Source: Chiloscyllium plagiosum (lineage: Eukaryota). From it: a DNA stretch of 64,000 bases. The notes beneath the pieces were generated by a model, which was not told where the DNA came from, ran no database searches, and saw only the letters and a program-made list of their open reading frames with translations. How positions within the stretch are numbered: the first letter of the stretch is position 1; each line of letters begins with the position of its first letter. The position numbers and the translations under genes were made by a program. The stretch lies in NCBI RefSeq assembly GCF_004010195.1, contig NC_057718.1, positions 5,292,325 through 5,356,324 of the forward strand. Direction: 5' to 3'. Shown piece after piece: positions 38,626 through 52,239 of this stretch.

Positions 38626-39479
38626 GTTTGATATCTTTTGTTGTGCTAAACTGCATGCTGATGGATTTAGTTTGTGCAAGCTGTCCCATGAATCCAAGGG
38701 AATATAATTTTTGCTCTATCCTCAATTATATTTTTGAGTTTCATTCATTTTTTTCACTTCTTTCTACTCAAAGACCTATTCTTTCCTTACCACATTAGAG
38801 CTTTGAAATGCAACAGTGCTCTTTTCAGCAACCTGTCTACAGTTATAATTGAATAAAATGCTCTGTATCCAAAATGTGTTCCTCAAGTAATCTGTATATT
38901 TTCTGCACATTGCATGGCTTCCCCATGTCTGTTCAGAGACTCTGCTGAGCTTCACTGGTCTAACACTGAAGCTGCTGCAAAGCATAGAATATTTGTAGGT
39001 ATTTCTTTCATGGCAGGACTCTTTAATATTAATGCTGAGAACATTAACGGTTAGTATTAATCATCTATCTCCTGCATTAATTTAATGCCCACCAGCTAAT
39101 GATTCCAACCACCTTACACAATGTGTGTGGATGTGTGCACAATTAGCTGATGTTCAATAGAGCAGAACTAAGTTGAGTTCTCAAATATTATATGCTCCAG
39201 TTGGTAAACATGCTTATAAATAAACAATCAGATTGGAAAATGGGCAGGAAATTCATTGCTAAAGACACAGAAAAATAGGAACACATAGCATTGGAGACAG
39301 AAAAATAAAGAGAGATAAATATATCATTGTTGAAAAATCAGGAGCACATGGGCCTCTGCGGGTGAAGAAGACACATTTTCAGTTCAATGCAAAGTGTGAT
39401 TAGCAGCAAATTTAACCTTGCAAATCAATATTTTTAAAAAGATTGAATTAAAGATTTTAGCTAACTTCACAATTTATTC

Positions 39480-40166
39480 GCCCCTTGAAAGTAGAATTGC
39501 AGGGAGATAGGATAGAGAAGAAGGTCTTTATATGCTTTCCTTTATTGGTCAGAGTATTGAGTACACGAGTTGGGAGGTCACGTTGCAGCTGTACAGAACA
39601 TTGGTTAGGCCACTTTTGGAATATTGTGTGCAATTCTGGTCTCCTTCCTATCGGAAGGATGTTGTGAAACTTGAAAGGGTATAGAAAAGATTTACAAGCA
39701 TGTTGCCAGGGTTAGAGGATTTGAACTATAGGGAGGGGTTGAATAGGTTGGGGCCGTTTTCCCTGGAGTGTTGGAGGCTGAGGGGTGACCTTACAGAGGT
39801 TTATAAAAGAATGAGGGGCATGGATAGGATAAATAGGCAAGGATTTTCCCCTGGGGTGGTGGGAGTCCAGAACTAGAGGTGATAGGTTTAGGGTGAGAAG
39901 GGAAAGATATAAAAGAGATCTAAGGGACAGCTTTTTCATGAAGAGGGTGGTACATGTATGGAATGAGCTGCCAGAGGAAGTGGTGGAGGCTGGTACAATT
40001 GCAATACTTAAAAGGCATGAATAGGAAGGTGTATGAATAGGAAGCGTTTGGAGGGATATGGGCTGAGTGCTGGCAAGTGCTACTAGATTAAGCTGTGATA
40101 TCTGGTCAGCATGAACGAGTTGGACTGAAGGGTCTGTTTCCATGCTGTACATCTCTGTCACTCTAT
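39480..40166 (+). mobile_element. CR1 LINE 3' fragment
   Basis: High similarity to 10960-11630. Confidence 0.9.
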
Positions 40167-42423
40167 GGGAATTCAAATATTGCAATAATTTGAATTTACA
40201 AATGCAAGGTAAATGAAAAATTGAACTGTTCCTTGCTGTTGAATTACAATGGCTCAGCTATTTTAGCATTTTTACATTTAATTTCCATTAATAATGACAA
40301 TTTAGATTCTGATAAATAGTGCTTGCAATTCCTGTAAGGAGACACAATTCTCACTGATTCAAAAACATTAATTTACGTCAAAAATCTCTTTGTTTTGCTA
40401 GTTTGCATTGTAAGCTTAATAGACTTCAGGCAGCTTGCTTAAACAATGATATGTTTATGAGAATAAAATATTACAATTAACACTGAATGGATTTACAATT
40501 TTTTCATTGAACTGACTCCACCATTTTTCATTCATGTCGCTGTTTCCAAATAATTAATCAGCTTGGATTAGGAGTGAACCCATATAAAAATCTGACATGC
40601 TTTAATCAAAATTAGCACCACAAAGCACTATCATCTGTGCCACTGTTGGGACCCTGATCTTCATGGGCATGTGTAAGAGTTGACTAATTGGGTGCGACTT
40701 CTCTTCTGAGTCCAATGGTTTTGCATTTAACCCCACTTTAGAATTTGAGCTTATAGTCAGGAGGCAAGCATTCCAGTGTTGTATTCAGGCAATACAGCAG
40801 TGTGAGATGTACCATCTTTCTTATCCAACATTAAACCAGAGCCGTATTTACCCAAGAGCGATTCAAAGAGTAGTGCCATGAGTCAGCATTGTATGCATTC
40901 AAAATTCTTTCAGAACTTGATAGAATAGATGCAAGCATGATATTTGTTTCTTCATCAGAGGAGCCTCGAACCAGGGAACACAGAATAAGGAATCAGCCTT
41001 TAGGACTGAGATGAGGAGGATTTTCTTCACATAGAGGGTGGTAGATCTTTGGAATTCTCTACCCCAGAGTGAAATGGGTACTCAGGAATTGCATCTGTTT
41101 GAGACAAACAATAGATTCCCAGACACTAAACATATCAAGCAATATGGAGATAATGTGGGAAAATTATATTGAGATAGAATGATCGGTCCTGATCTGGCTG
41201 AATACTGGTGTAGGCTCAAGGTGATGAATGGTCTCCTCTGGATCTTATTTCCTACTTTTCTATGTTTCTCAAACTAATGATGACCTGGTCATGATTTCAC
41301 TGCTGACTTAAGGATATTGCCACCATAAATTGAGCACCATGTTTCCCTGTTTTAAAATAATACCTACATTTTCAAAATACCTCAAAGGGATGTTTTGGGA
41401 TAAGCTGACGTGATGTTATATAAATATAAGTCTGATCTAATTGCAGAAACAATCTAATGCCAACATTTTTTTTTGAATTTGCAAATCATTTACATTTTCC
41501 ACTCAACTGCTTCATAATCACTGATTGAGTTGCAGAATATTATGCTTTACGTTGGCCTCACACACTGTATACTGAATCTTTTAGATCATTCAGTGAATAT
41601 TGCTATCTGTCCTATGGCCTGAGAATCATTTATCCCATTTCACCCACATGGTAAAAAGTCCCCCAAAACATTGCACTTCCACATCGTTGCCATTCAGATG
41701 CACTTAGATAAAAGGCAAATTGAGTCCTGTCTAAATCATGTCATCAACTAAATCATGTCACCAATTCACTCTAATTTGTTCAACCATTTCCTTGAAGGTA
41801 TGACAAGTGGTGGCAATTCATAATTCTCCTGGTATTTTAGTAAAGGTGTGAACATTGGACAGTGGATACCTGGGAACACCGTCATCTGCAATTTCCCCTC
41901 CAAGCCACTGGACATTCTGACTTGGAAATATGCTGCTGTTCCTATAGTGTTGCTGTGTCAAAATCCTGGAAGCTCCTCTTTAACTGCACTGTGGGTGTAC
42001 CTACAACAAAAGGATGCAATGGTTCATGAAGACCCACCAACACCTTTTCTGAGGCAATTAATAATTGACAATAAATGTCTACATCTTGCAAAAGAATATT
42101 ATTAAAAAGTCAGTAGATTCTCTTATAAATCATTCAAATATAGTCCAATTTCATTGTCGTCATCAAGGGTTGGAAGAAAGTGATGGGCCAAATCAAAACC
42201 GACTCCCTGGCAGAGACCGCGATTGGAGCAAATTCTCAACAAGGATAAGCAAACCGAACGTTTCGAATTCAGATTGAGCTCGAATTGACTCGAAAGGTGA
42301 ACTCCGTTTCTCTCATTACGGATGCTGCCAGACTTGCCGAGTTTCTCCAACACTTTCTGTTTTTATTTCAGGTTTTCAGCATCCACGGTGTTTCCCGAGA
42401 GAAATCCCTGCGGGGCTTATGAT

Positions 42424-42444
42424 CTCAGCACCATGGACAGCAGC
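42424..42444 (+). promoter_or_regulatory. Second (distal) RE1/NRSE site
   Basis: CTCAGCACCATGGACAGCAGC: left half TCAGCACC and right half GGACAG intact, within a CpG-rich patch at about 42190-42830. Confidence 0.72.
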
Positions 42445-44141
42445 CTGGTCAATCTTCGCTGGTCTGCAGCACCAGGCTGCAAGAACACAGTTGTCAGCCT
42501 AATAATTGACCTCGTTACATTGTCGGAGTTCTAACACAGGGGCATGGGACAGTATGGTCACCCCAGGTGGCACCAAGATCTGCCACTCTGTCACCAGCCC
42601 CTTGGACCCAGAGCCAGAAGCGCGGCAACCGCGTCTTCCCCCCCCCCCCCCCCAAGTCCGTAGCGATGTGAGATGCTTTTCAGCAATGCCGTGGGGTTTG
42701 GGTTCAGCAATCCCGATGGGGGCGCACTAACCACAGAAAGGGAGAGGGGCGCTTTGACTTGCTGCTGAGTCTTTGTATCTGTCTGTGCCCACGGCTGTAT
42801 CTTTATGCCCCGCTCAAACGGTGATCATCCAAGATCACAATCACATTCAGAAACATTTTAAAACCCTGTCTTCACACTGCAGCTCATCCTTCCCCTAGCC
42901 CTCAGTTATAGCCAGAGGCTGGAAGCAGGGAACAATTCACAGAGAGTCAGCAATAACGTGGTTTTAATTCATCCTGTTGCAAACCATGTACGGATGTAAT
43001 TATCTCTTTCTCAGAGTGCTACTTAGTTCAATAAATATATAAAGACATTTTCAAATTGTTGTCAATGAAAAGGCAGCCGGATAAGTGTTTATGTTCCCTT
43101 GCTGTAGACATGTCTGCAAAGCCACTTCATCTTGTATGGTTTCAGAATGACTCTCAAGACCCTTATTACATTTTGTTCATTAAGAGACACACCAATCAAA
43201 TCTCTGGTTCAGCCATTAGCGAAAAAATATTTAATTGAAAATACTGCCTATTTATTTTCTCCAGAAACCTCTGATTATTCCCCATTGCCCTCCAAACAAG
43301 CGCCAATTTTAACATGAAGGAACTGAATTTCACATCTGTCTCAAAGAACCCCAAATGGAACTGTGGAGCAGACAAAGTTCCTGCACTCCTTGTTGGTTTA
43401 TCAACCTTCCTGGCCAAGAGATTATTCTGCATGAATCCTACGTTTGAACACTCTCACTCTCTCCAGCGTCTTTCCCTGCAATCAGTACGTACTTGCTATG
43501 ATTTGTAATATGTGATAATATAAAGGGAACTTTCCTGTGCTCTCTACCTGTGGTGTGTGAAAATTGTGGGCTTTATTATCAGGTGGCCCCACAACTTCTT
43601 CAGTAACTCTGCTCCAGAGGGCTAAATGGCATTTTTTGTCCCCAGTAACTCAATGCAATATATTCTACAATACAGTGAAAACGTGGGGAACAGTTAAGCA
43701 AAATACTGCAGCTTCTAGAAATCTAACAAAGATGGCAGAAAATGTTGCAAATATTGAGCAAGACAGGCAGCATCTGTGGTGAGAGAGATGGAAAAAAAAA
43801 ACAAGTTCCATTTAGATGACCTTTCATCAGAACTGACTCTTCTTGAAGGTCAATGCCCTGAAAGGTTTGGGCAAATCTCCTTTCCTTGGAAGTATGACTG
43901 AAATTCTGAACAAAAGGGATTTTCAAGGATCTAAATTTGTGACTCAGGAGCCTAACCTCTGTGGTCAAAATCTCTGGATGGAGCCTAAGGTCAGGTATTG
44001 GATCAGATGAGGACAGAATGGTTTGCATTGCTGAAGCCTGACTAGAAATGAGGTCTTTAATGGATGGCTTTAGATTCTATGTATGTTGAGAGCATTTTGA
44101 GAGCCAGCAAAGGTTTTCAAAACAAAATGGACATTATCTTA

Positions 44142-44410
44142 TAGAATACCAATATGTGAAAGCAGGTCATTTGGCCCATCAAGTCCACACCAACTCTCTG
44201 CAGGGCATTGCACCTCTCCCTCATCCCTGTAACCTTGCATTCCCTATGGCTAACCCACTTAGCCTGTACAATTTAGCATGGTTAATCCATCTAACCTGCA
44301 CATCTTCTGACTGTGGGAGGAAACTGACAGTCATCTGAGGGTGGAATCGAAGCCAGGTCCTTGGTGCTATGAGGCAGCAGTGCTGACCATTGAGCTACAA
44401 TGCCACCGTT
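44142..44410 (-). mobile_element. HE1-like SINE (internally deleted)
   Basis: Reverse-complement head tagctcaatggtcagcactgctgcctcatagc. Confidence 0.75.
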
Positions 44411-45089
44411 GACATCTACAGCCTGTGAAAAGGATGACCAAAACAGTCATGAAAGCTTATACAGTTATTGGTAGGTCCTGGGTAGTGTTGTTGAACAGAG
44501 AGACCTAGGGGTGCAGATACACAGTTCCTTGAAAGTGGCATCACACATAGACATTTGGTGAAGAAGGCATTTAGCATGCTTGTCTTTATCGGTCAGAGCA
44601 TTGAGTATAGGAGTTTGGACATCATGTTATGACTGTACAAGATGTTGGTAAGACTACATTTTGAGTAAGTGAGTAAACAGTCTGATCAGATTAGAGTCTT
44701 TTACTGGGATGCAAATCTGCATGAGGCTGATTGGTGAGTGAAATTCTGGGCTAAATGAAGAAATAGCAAAATTAAGCTTGTACAATTGTCCAATTTGAAT
44801 AGTTTACACAAATTCTGAAAGCAAAGTAAAGATGGTTTGCACATAGAACAATACAGCACAGGAGCAGGCCTCTCAGCCCACCATGTCTGTGTCAATCATG
44901 ATGCCATTGCTGACTATATTCCATTTGCGTGCACATTCCTCCACTCCCTCAGCCCATGTAGCAAGTTTATAAAATCATGAGGGGCATGGATAGGATAAAT
45001 AGACAAGTCTTTTTCCCTGGGGTGGGGGGCAGAATTTGCTAGGTGCACCCAGGGAGGGGGAGTGGGGGTTGAAACAATATATAGATATA

Positions 45090-46712
45090 CAGTTAGGAGG
45101 GTGAGAAAGGGCAAAGAAATATCCTTGGCAAGTAGGATTAAGGAGAATCCCAAGGCATTTTATACGTATATCAGGAGCAAGAGGAGATTGAGGGAAAGAG
45201 TAGGCCCACTTAAGGACAAAGGAGGGAATTTATGTGTGAAACCATCGGAAGTGGGTGAGGTCCTGAATGAGTATTTTGCATCAGTATCCACCAAGGACAA
45301 TGACATAGATGATGGCAAGTTTAAAGAAGGATTTGTTGATATTCTAAGGCTTGTCGATATTAAGAAGGAGGTGGTGTTGGAGTGGCTTCAGAAACATTAA
45401 GGTAAGTAAGCCCCCAGAACCTGATGGAGGAGGCAAGGAGACTGCTGAGCATTGACAAAGATCTTTGTATGAGCTGAAAATGTGTTGCTGGCAAAGCGCA
45501 GCAGGTCAGGCAGCATCCAAGGAGCAGGAGAATCGATGTTTCGGGCATGAGCCCTTCTTCAGGAATCGTCCGAAACATCAATTCTCCTGCTCCTTGGATG
45601 CTGCCTGACCTGCTGCGCTTTTCCAGCAACACATTTTCAGCTCTGATCTCCAGCATCTGCAGTCCTCACTTTCTCCTCAAATATCTTTGTATGTACTTTA
45701 TCAACAGGTAAGGTCCACAAAGATTGGAGAATAGGCAATGCGGTCCTTTGCTTCAAGAAGGGCAACAGGGATAATCCAGGAAATTAAAGGCGAGTGAGGG
45801 AAATTATTAAAGAAGATTCTTATCAACAGGATTTGCTTGCATTTGGAGGAGAATGGATGTATTAGGAGTACTCAGCATAGCTTTATGCAGGGGAGGACTT
45901 GTCTCTCAAACTTGATTGAGTTTTTTTGAAGCATTGACAAAGATTGATGAGTTAAGGCAGTGGATGTTGTCTACTTGGACTTTACCAAAGCATTTGACAA
46001 GGTCCCTCATCATAGGTTGGTCCAGAGATCAAATTGAATGGAATCCATGGTAAGTTGGCAAGTTGGATACAACATTGGCTTGGTCAGAGAAGACAGAAGG
46101 TAATTGTGGCAGGGCTTCACTGACTGGAGGTCTGCGTACACAAGAATCAGCACTGAGACCTTTGTTATTTGCAATACATGTCAATGATTCCGATGAAAAC
46201 ATTGATGGTCTGATTGGTACGTTTTCAGATGAGAAACAAATTGGTAAAGTTGTGAATAGTGAGGAAGGTTGTCAAAGGATGCAGCAAGACATGGATTTTC
46301 TGAAAGGTGGTGGAGAAATAGCAGAAGGTGTTTCATCCGGACAGGTGTGATGTTATGCATGTTTAGAGGTCAAATACAAGAGGAAACTATACTGTAAATG
46401 GTCAGAATGTTAGGAGCATTGATACACAGAATGATCTTGGTGTCCAAGTCCATAGCTCCAGGAATGTGGCAACACCAGTGGGTGGATAAGGTCGTAAAGA
46501 AGGCATAAAGCATGCTTACTTTCAAGGCAATTGGTCAGGCATTGAGTTTAAAAGTTACCAAGTCATGCTGCAGTTGTATAAAACTTTAGCTGGGCCACAG
46601 TTAAAGTACTGTGTGCAATTCTGATCACTACAGTAAGGGCATAGAGGCTTTGGAGAGGGTGAAGAAAAGGTTTACCAGGATGCTGCCTGGATTAGAGTTT
46701 ATGAGCTATTAA
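45090..46712 (+). mobile_element. Degenerate CR1 ORF2 with nested family A element (45472-45682)
   Basis: KENPKAFYTYIRSKR, LNEYFASV remnants; insertion bounded by TSD atctttgtatg. Confidence 0.85.
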
Positions 46713-46724
46713 GGGCAGTCCTAG

Positions 46725-47285
46725 ATTCAGAAGATCATGCAGCAAGGAAACAAGCCCTTCAGCCCATCTTGGCCATGCCAACTAGGTTTTCTAAACTAGT
46801 CCCATTTACCTGCATTTAGCCCATATCCCTCCAAAACTCTCCTACTGTCCAAATGTCTTTTAAATGTTATAACCTCTACCACTTCCTCAAGCACTACACT
46901 TTGGTATGAAAAAGTTGTCCCTTAAGTCCTTTTTAAATCTTTCCCCTCTCACCTTAAACCTATGCCCTCTACTTTTGGACTCCCCTACTCTGAGGAAAAG
47001 ACCTTTGCTATTCACCTTATCTATATCCATCATGATCTTATAAACCAATATAAGGTTACCCCTCAGCTTTCTACCAGGGAAAAATGTCATAGCCTGTTCA
47101 GCTTCTCCTTAACTCAAATCCTCCAGTCTCGGTAATAGTCTTTTCTGCACCCTTTCCAATTTAATAACATCTTTCTTTTAACAGCACAAACAGAAGTGTA
47201 TGCAGTACTCCAAATGTGGTCTTACCAATATCTTGTACAGTCATAACATGATGTCCCAATTGCTATACCCAATGCTCTGACCACC
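46725..47285 (-). mobile_element. CR1 3' fragment, opposite orientation
   Basis: LRGNLILVYKIM...SRGHRFKV remnant. Confidence 0.8.
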
Positions 47286-47757
47286 CCATCTCAGTCCCTG
47301 ACACTAAGAAGTTCCAGTGAACATTAGGGAAAATAAAATCACCCACTACCACAACCCTGTTGTTTTTGCATCTTTTCATTAGCTGCTTATGTATCTGTGT
47401 CTCTAATTCCACTGGCTATTGAGATGATGTAACCCAGTTGTCGTGATTTCACCTTTCTTATTCCTATTTCCTACCCATATTGCCTCTCTGGTTGAGCCCA
47501 TACCACAGCTTTGATATTCTCCTTAAGCTGTAATGCAACCCCTCCACTCCTTTTACATGCCTCTCAATCATGCCTGAAATATTTAAACCCAGGGAACATT
47601 GAGTGTCAGTTCTGCAATGCTCACAATCAGCTCTAGTTCCCACAGGGAGTCTGAGGTTCTATGGCAAATTGCACATTTTACATGCATTTTGTAATTTGAG
47701 GGTTTGGATAGTGATGTTCGTGGCTCCAAATTTTTTTTCCCTCAGCGTTAGTCAGAG

Positions 47758-47856
47758 GGAAATGGGTCTGGGTGGGTTACTCTTGTGGACTTGTTGGGCC
47801 GAAAGGCCTGTTTCCACACTTTAGTGAATCTAATCTAATCTAATCTAATCTAATCT
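47758..47856 (+). repeat. HE1-like SINE 3' end with (AATCT)n tail
   Basis: gttgggccgaaaggcctgtttccacact followed by six AATCT units. Confidence 0.8.
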
Positions 47857-48883
47857 GGCTGACCAGGCTATCCCACTCTTAATGCCTACCACTGGCATGA
47901 AAGAATTGCAGTTTTGATGGCAGCCTGGAATGGGATTCAAAATTGAACCTCTAGCTCAGAGGCAAGGCGACTACCCATTGCACTACAAGATCTCGTCCAG
48001 TGACCTAACGAGGAGTGAATGGAGGTAATGTATAAATATAAAATCAGAGAATCATATTTATAATGGGGAATTTTAATTTCCCCTTTGACAGGGAGAAGGA
48101 GAACAGTTTAAGTAATATGTATACTTATTTTCTAGCATCCTCAGAATGATTTCCAGTCTCCACAGTATTTTGCCTTTATTCAATTGTTTTCTACTATGTA
48201 CTTGAGACATTTTCTCAGGCAATGAATTTTAGAACCACCAGGAGAACCAACAAGATATAGTAATAAACAAGCTCATGAACCAGTTAGCCTTGTGAACAGT
48301 GACTTCATATGATTCATTTTGATTTTTTTAGCTCAAGAAAGAGAAGGGCAAAGCAAAAGAGATTGTGTTTTTAATGTAATTAAGAGAAACCTTTAAAGGA
48401 TGAGAAATCTATTGACCAGAATAATCTGGGCTGAACTGCACCTAAAACTAGTTAAAAGTATCCTGAATAGTCTTTAGTTTACACCAAAGCAGACTCTAAA
48501 AGGCAGGGTTTCCACAGTGTGGTTCAACATCCATGTAAACAAACAAGCAAAGTGTCAGCATCAAGCTAAAACAACTTGTATTTATTTTGTTCATTTATAG
48601 AGTAAATGCTCCAATTATCAAATAACGTTTAACACAAGTCTCCACATGAGGAGGTATAAGGGCAGGCAGTCAAAATCTTGGTCAAAGATATGACAAGACA
48701 GGAAGGAGAAAATGCCAGATGCTGAGGACACTATGTTTCAGTGAGTTTCAGAACAAAGTTGTAGAGTAATCACCAAGCTTTGTGGGTCCCATTTATTAAA
48801 AGCATACACCCTCTGTTTGTAACTGAGCACCATATACAGGTTGCATGCAGAACTAGAACAAACAAATTGAGATACTTACGATC

Positions 48884-49368
48884 AATTTACAAGGATGTTG
48901 CCAGGGTTGGAGGGTTTGAGCTACAGGGAGAGGTTAAGTAGGCTGGGGCTGTTTTCCCTGGAGCATCGGAGGCTGAGAGGTTGACCTTATAGAGATTTAT
49001 AAAATCATGAGGGGTATGGGTAGGGTAAATAGACAAAGTCTCTTTCTTGGGATGGGGGAGCCCAGAACTAGAGGGCGTAGGTTTAGGGTGAGACGGAAAA
49101 GATTTGAAAGGGAACTAAGGGGCAACATTTTTGCGCAGAGGGTGGTACGTGTATGAAATGACTTGCCAGAGGAAGTGATGGAGGCTTGTACAATTGCAAC
49201 ATTTAAAAAGCATCTGGATGGGTATATGAATAGGAAGGGTTTAGAGGGATGTGGGTGATGTGCTGGCAAATATGATGAGATTAATTTAGGATATCTGGTT
49301 GGCATGGACAAGTTGGACCGAAGGGTCTGTTTCCATGCTGTATATCTCTATGACTCTATGATTCTATG
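48884..49368 (+). mobile_element. CR1 3' fragment
   Basis: Same family as 11170-11650; tctatgac/ttctatg tail. Confidence 0.88.
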
Positions 49369-49994
49369 TCAACTCCTGGAGAAATAATTGTGATTACAAT
49401 AATGAAAAATGCTTCACGGGGGAATGGGTAATTTTTTTTTTTCTTTATTCAATTGTAAGATGTGGATATCGTTGGCTAGACTAGTATATATTGCTGGCTG
49501 CTGTTGAGAAAGTGGTGATGAGTTGCAGTTCATCTGCTGTATGCTAACCCACAATGCCCTTAGGGGAGGGAATTCCCTCACAGTAGCAGCAAAAGAACAG
49601 TGATATATTTCCAAGTCAGGAGGGAACTTGCAGTAGTATTTTTTCCATGTATCTACTGCCATTGTCCTTCTAGATGGAACTGGTTATGAGTTTGGAAGTT
49701 CTAAATTACACATTAAATTATGAAAGACTATATAACTTATTTCAATGCTTATCTTAAATATCAGGTTTCTGCCAGTGTAATGAAAATACTGGTACAGATG
49801 GTCCTCAGTACTCCATTGGCTGAGAAGTCATTATCCAGTCCATGTATCCTGATTATGCCAAGATAGAGACTCATCTGCATAACTCCAGATGACATCCCGC
49901 ACTCCGTGATTTATTTGCTCCCGCGGAATTGTAAATCTACATGAGTAATGTGTCATTTGGAAAGGAAATATAGTGCATGGGAATATTTCAAAAG

Positions 49995-51250
49995 TTGTGT
50001 TGTGGATGACACAAAGATAGGTGGAGGAATAGGACATGTTAAGGAAGCGGGGAAATTGCAGAAGGACATGGACAGGTTTGGACAGTGGACAAGGAAGTGG
50101 CAAATGGAAAACAATGTGGGAAAGTGTGAAGTTATGCACTTTGGTAGGAAGAATAGAGGCAGAGAATATTTTCTAAATGGGGAAAGACTTCATAAATCTG
50201 AAGCACAAAAGTACTTAGGAGTCCTAGTTCAGGATTCTCTTAAAGTTAACATGCAGTTAATTGTTGGGAAAGTAAATGCAATGTTAGCATTCATTTCAAG
50301 AGGAGTAGAATACAAGGGCAGGATGTACTGCTGAGGCTGTATAAGGCTCTGGTCAGACCACATTTGGAATATCGTGAACAGTTTTAGGTCCTGTACCTAA
50401 AGAATGATGTGCTGGCATTGGAGGGGGTCCACAGGAGGTTTTAAAGAATGATCCTGAGGATGAAAGAATTATTAAATGAGGAGTGGTTGAGAACTCTGGG
50501 TCTGAACTCGATGGAGTTAAGGAGGATGAGGGGGGAGTCTCATTGAAACTTATAGAATACTGAGAGTCCTGGATAGAGTGGACATGGAGAAGATGTTTCC
50601 ATTGGGAGGAGAGACTAGGACTTGAAGGCACAGCCTCAGAGTGAAGGCCCAACCCTTTAGAACTTAGATGAGGAGGAATTTCTTCAGCCAGAGGGTGGTG
50701 AATCTTTTTTTTTGAATTCCTACAATGTGGAAACAGGCCTTTAGGCCCAACAAGTCCACACAGACCCTCTGAAGAGTAACCCACCAAGACCTGTTCCCCT
50801 ACCCCTCACTAATGCACCTAGCCTACACATCCCTGAACACTATGGGCAATTTTTTTTAAACACAGCCAATTCACCTAACCTGCACATCTTTGGATTGTGG
50901 GAGAAAAGCGGAGAACCTGGAGGAAACCCACGCAGAGACAGGGAGAATGTGCAAAATCCACACAGACAGTCACCCGAGGCTGGAATTGAACCCTGGCCCC
51001 TGGCACAGTGAGGCAGCAGTGCTAACCACTGAGCCACCCTGTCGCACTTCTGTAGGAATCTGTGGAACTCATTGCTACAGAAAGCTGTAGAAATAAAGTC
51101 ATTAAGTGTATTTAAGACAGAGGTAGGTTCTTCTTGAGTAAAGGAATCAAGGGTTACAAAGAGATGGCATGAAAGTGGATTGAGAAACATATCAAAATGG
51201 TGGAGCAGACTCAATGGTCTAATTTTGCTCCTATACCTGTTGGCCTTCAC
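49995..51250 (+). mobile_element. CR1 3' portion interrupted by a minus-strand HE1-like SINE (about 50716-51045)
   Basis: DDTKIGG...WQM..NVGKCEVMHFG RT remnant; the CR1 resumes at gaatctgtggaactc after the SINE. Confidence 0.85.
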
Positions 51251-51472
51251 ACAGATTTGAGGAAAAAAAGTGGAAATACAGGTGGACCTCGAGACCTCTA
51301 AAAGTGATAAACTGATATCAAGAAAATGCTAAACGTTTTAAAGAGAGAATAACAAAGAAAACATGTGGTGGATATCAACACTATGTGAGGAAATAATGTA
51401 AGAATAAATAAGAAGGTAAGGACACTGATTAGATCAAAACAATAAACCTAAAAATAAGCATGTTGTATCCAA

Positions 51473-51531
51473 TTTTATAAACATGTTGTATCCAATTCAA
51501 AGGTTGAATTGGATACAACATGTTTATAAAA
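51473..51531. repeat. Perfect 28-bp inverted repeat with 3-nt loop
   Basis: ttttataaacatgttgtatccaattcaa-agg-ttgaattggatacaacatgtttataaaa. Confidence 0.95.
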
Positions 51532-51953
51532 GTTTAACTTAGAAATAATGAGTCTAAGATAAAACCATCTGCAGAAGTTCTTTGTTTACATCCTGCCAAG
51601 GAGGACGATCAGGAAATTAGAGGGCTGTAAATGTTTTTCAAAATCCTCTAATTTCAGCAATTGTGTCTTTCCACTGGGAAAATTCCTAAATTTCTCAAGC
51701 TGTCTAGATGAATATTCTTTTTTTTTCCAGTTGCATTTGGCATTTTATTTTCCTCATTCTGGTGTGACATTATTAATGACATTATAGAAATGTAAATTGT
51801 GACTGAAGACCATTATGGAAAGAAAGATAACCCTGGTTACACCACTCTGTCACTCCTTGAGAACACCCCAAAATGCTTCACAGACAGCAGATCAGTATTT
51901 TACAGCCTAGATGTTGTTGTAATGTATTCAAACGTGGCAGCATATCAACAGCA

Positions 51954-52148
51954 AGTGAGGACTGCAGATGCTGGAGATCAGAGCTTAAAAATGTGTTGCT
52001 GGAAAAGCGCAGCAGGTCAGGCAGCATCCAAGGAGCAGGAGAATCGCCATTTCGGGCATAAGCCCTTCTTCAGGATTCTCAAAACGTTGATTCTCCTTCT
52101 CCTTGGATGCTGCCTGACCTGCTATGCTTTTCCAGCAACACATTTTTA
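51954..52148. mobile_element. Family A palindromic Penelope-like relic
   Basis: Inverted arms; 15-bp TSD agcatatcaacagca. Confidence 0.8.
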
Positions 52149-52239
52149 AGCATATCAACAGCAGTCAAGCATAAATAAAGGAACAATCAGGTTATCTTAA
52201 GATTATCGATTCATTAAAAAATCACAGCCAGATTATCAA

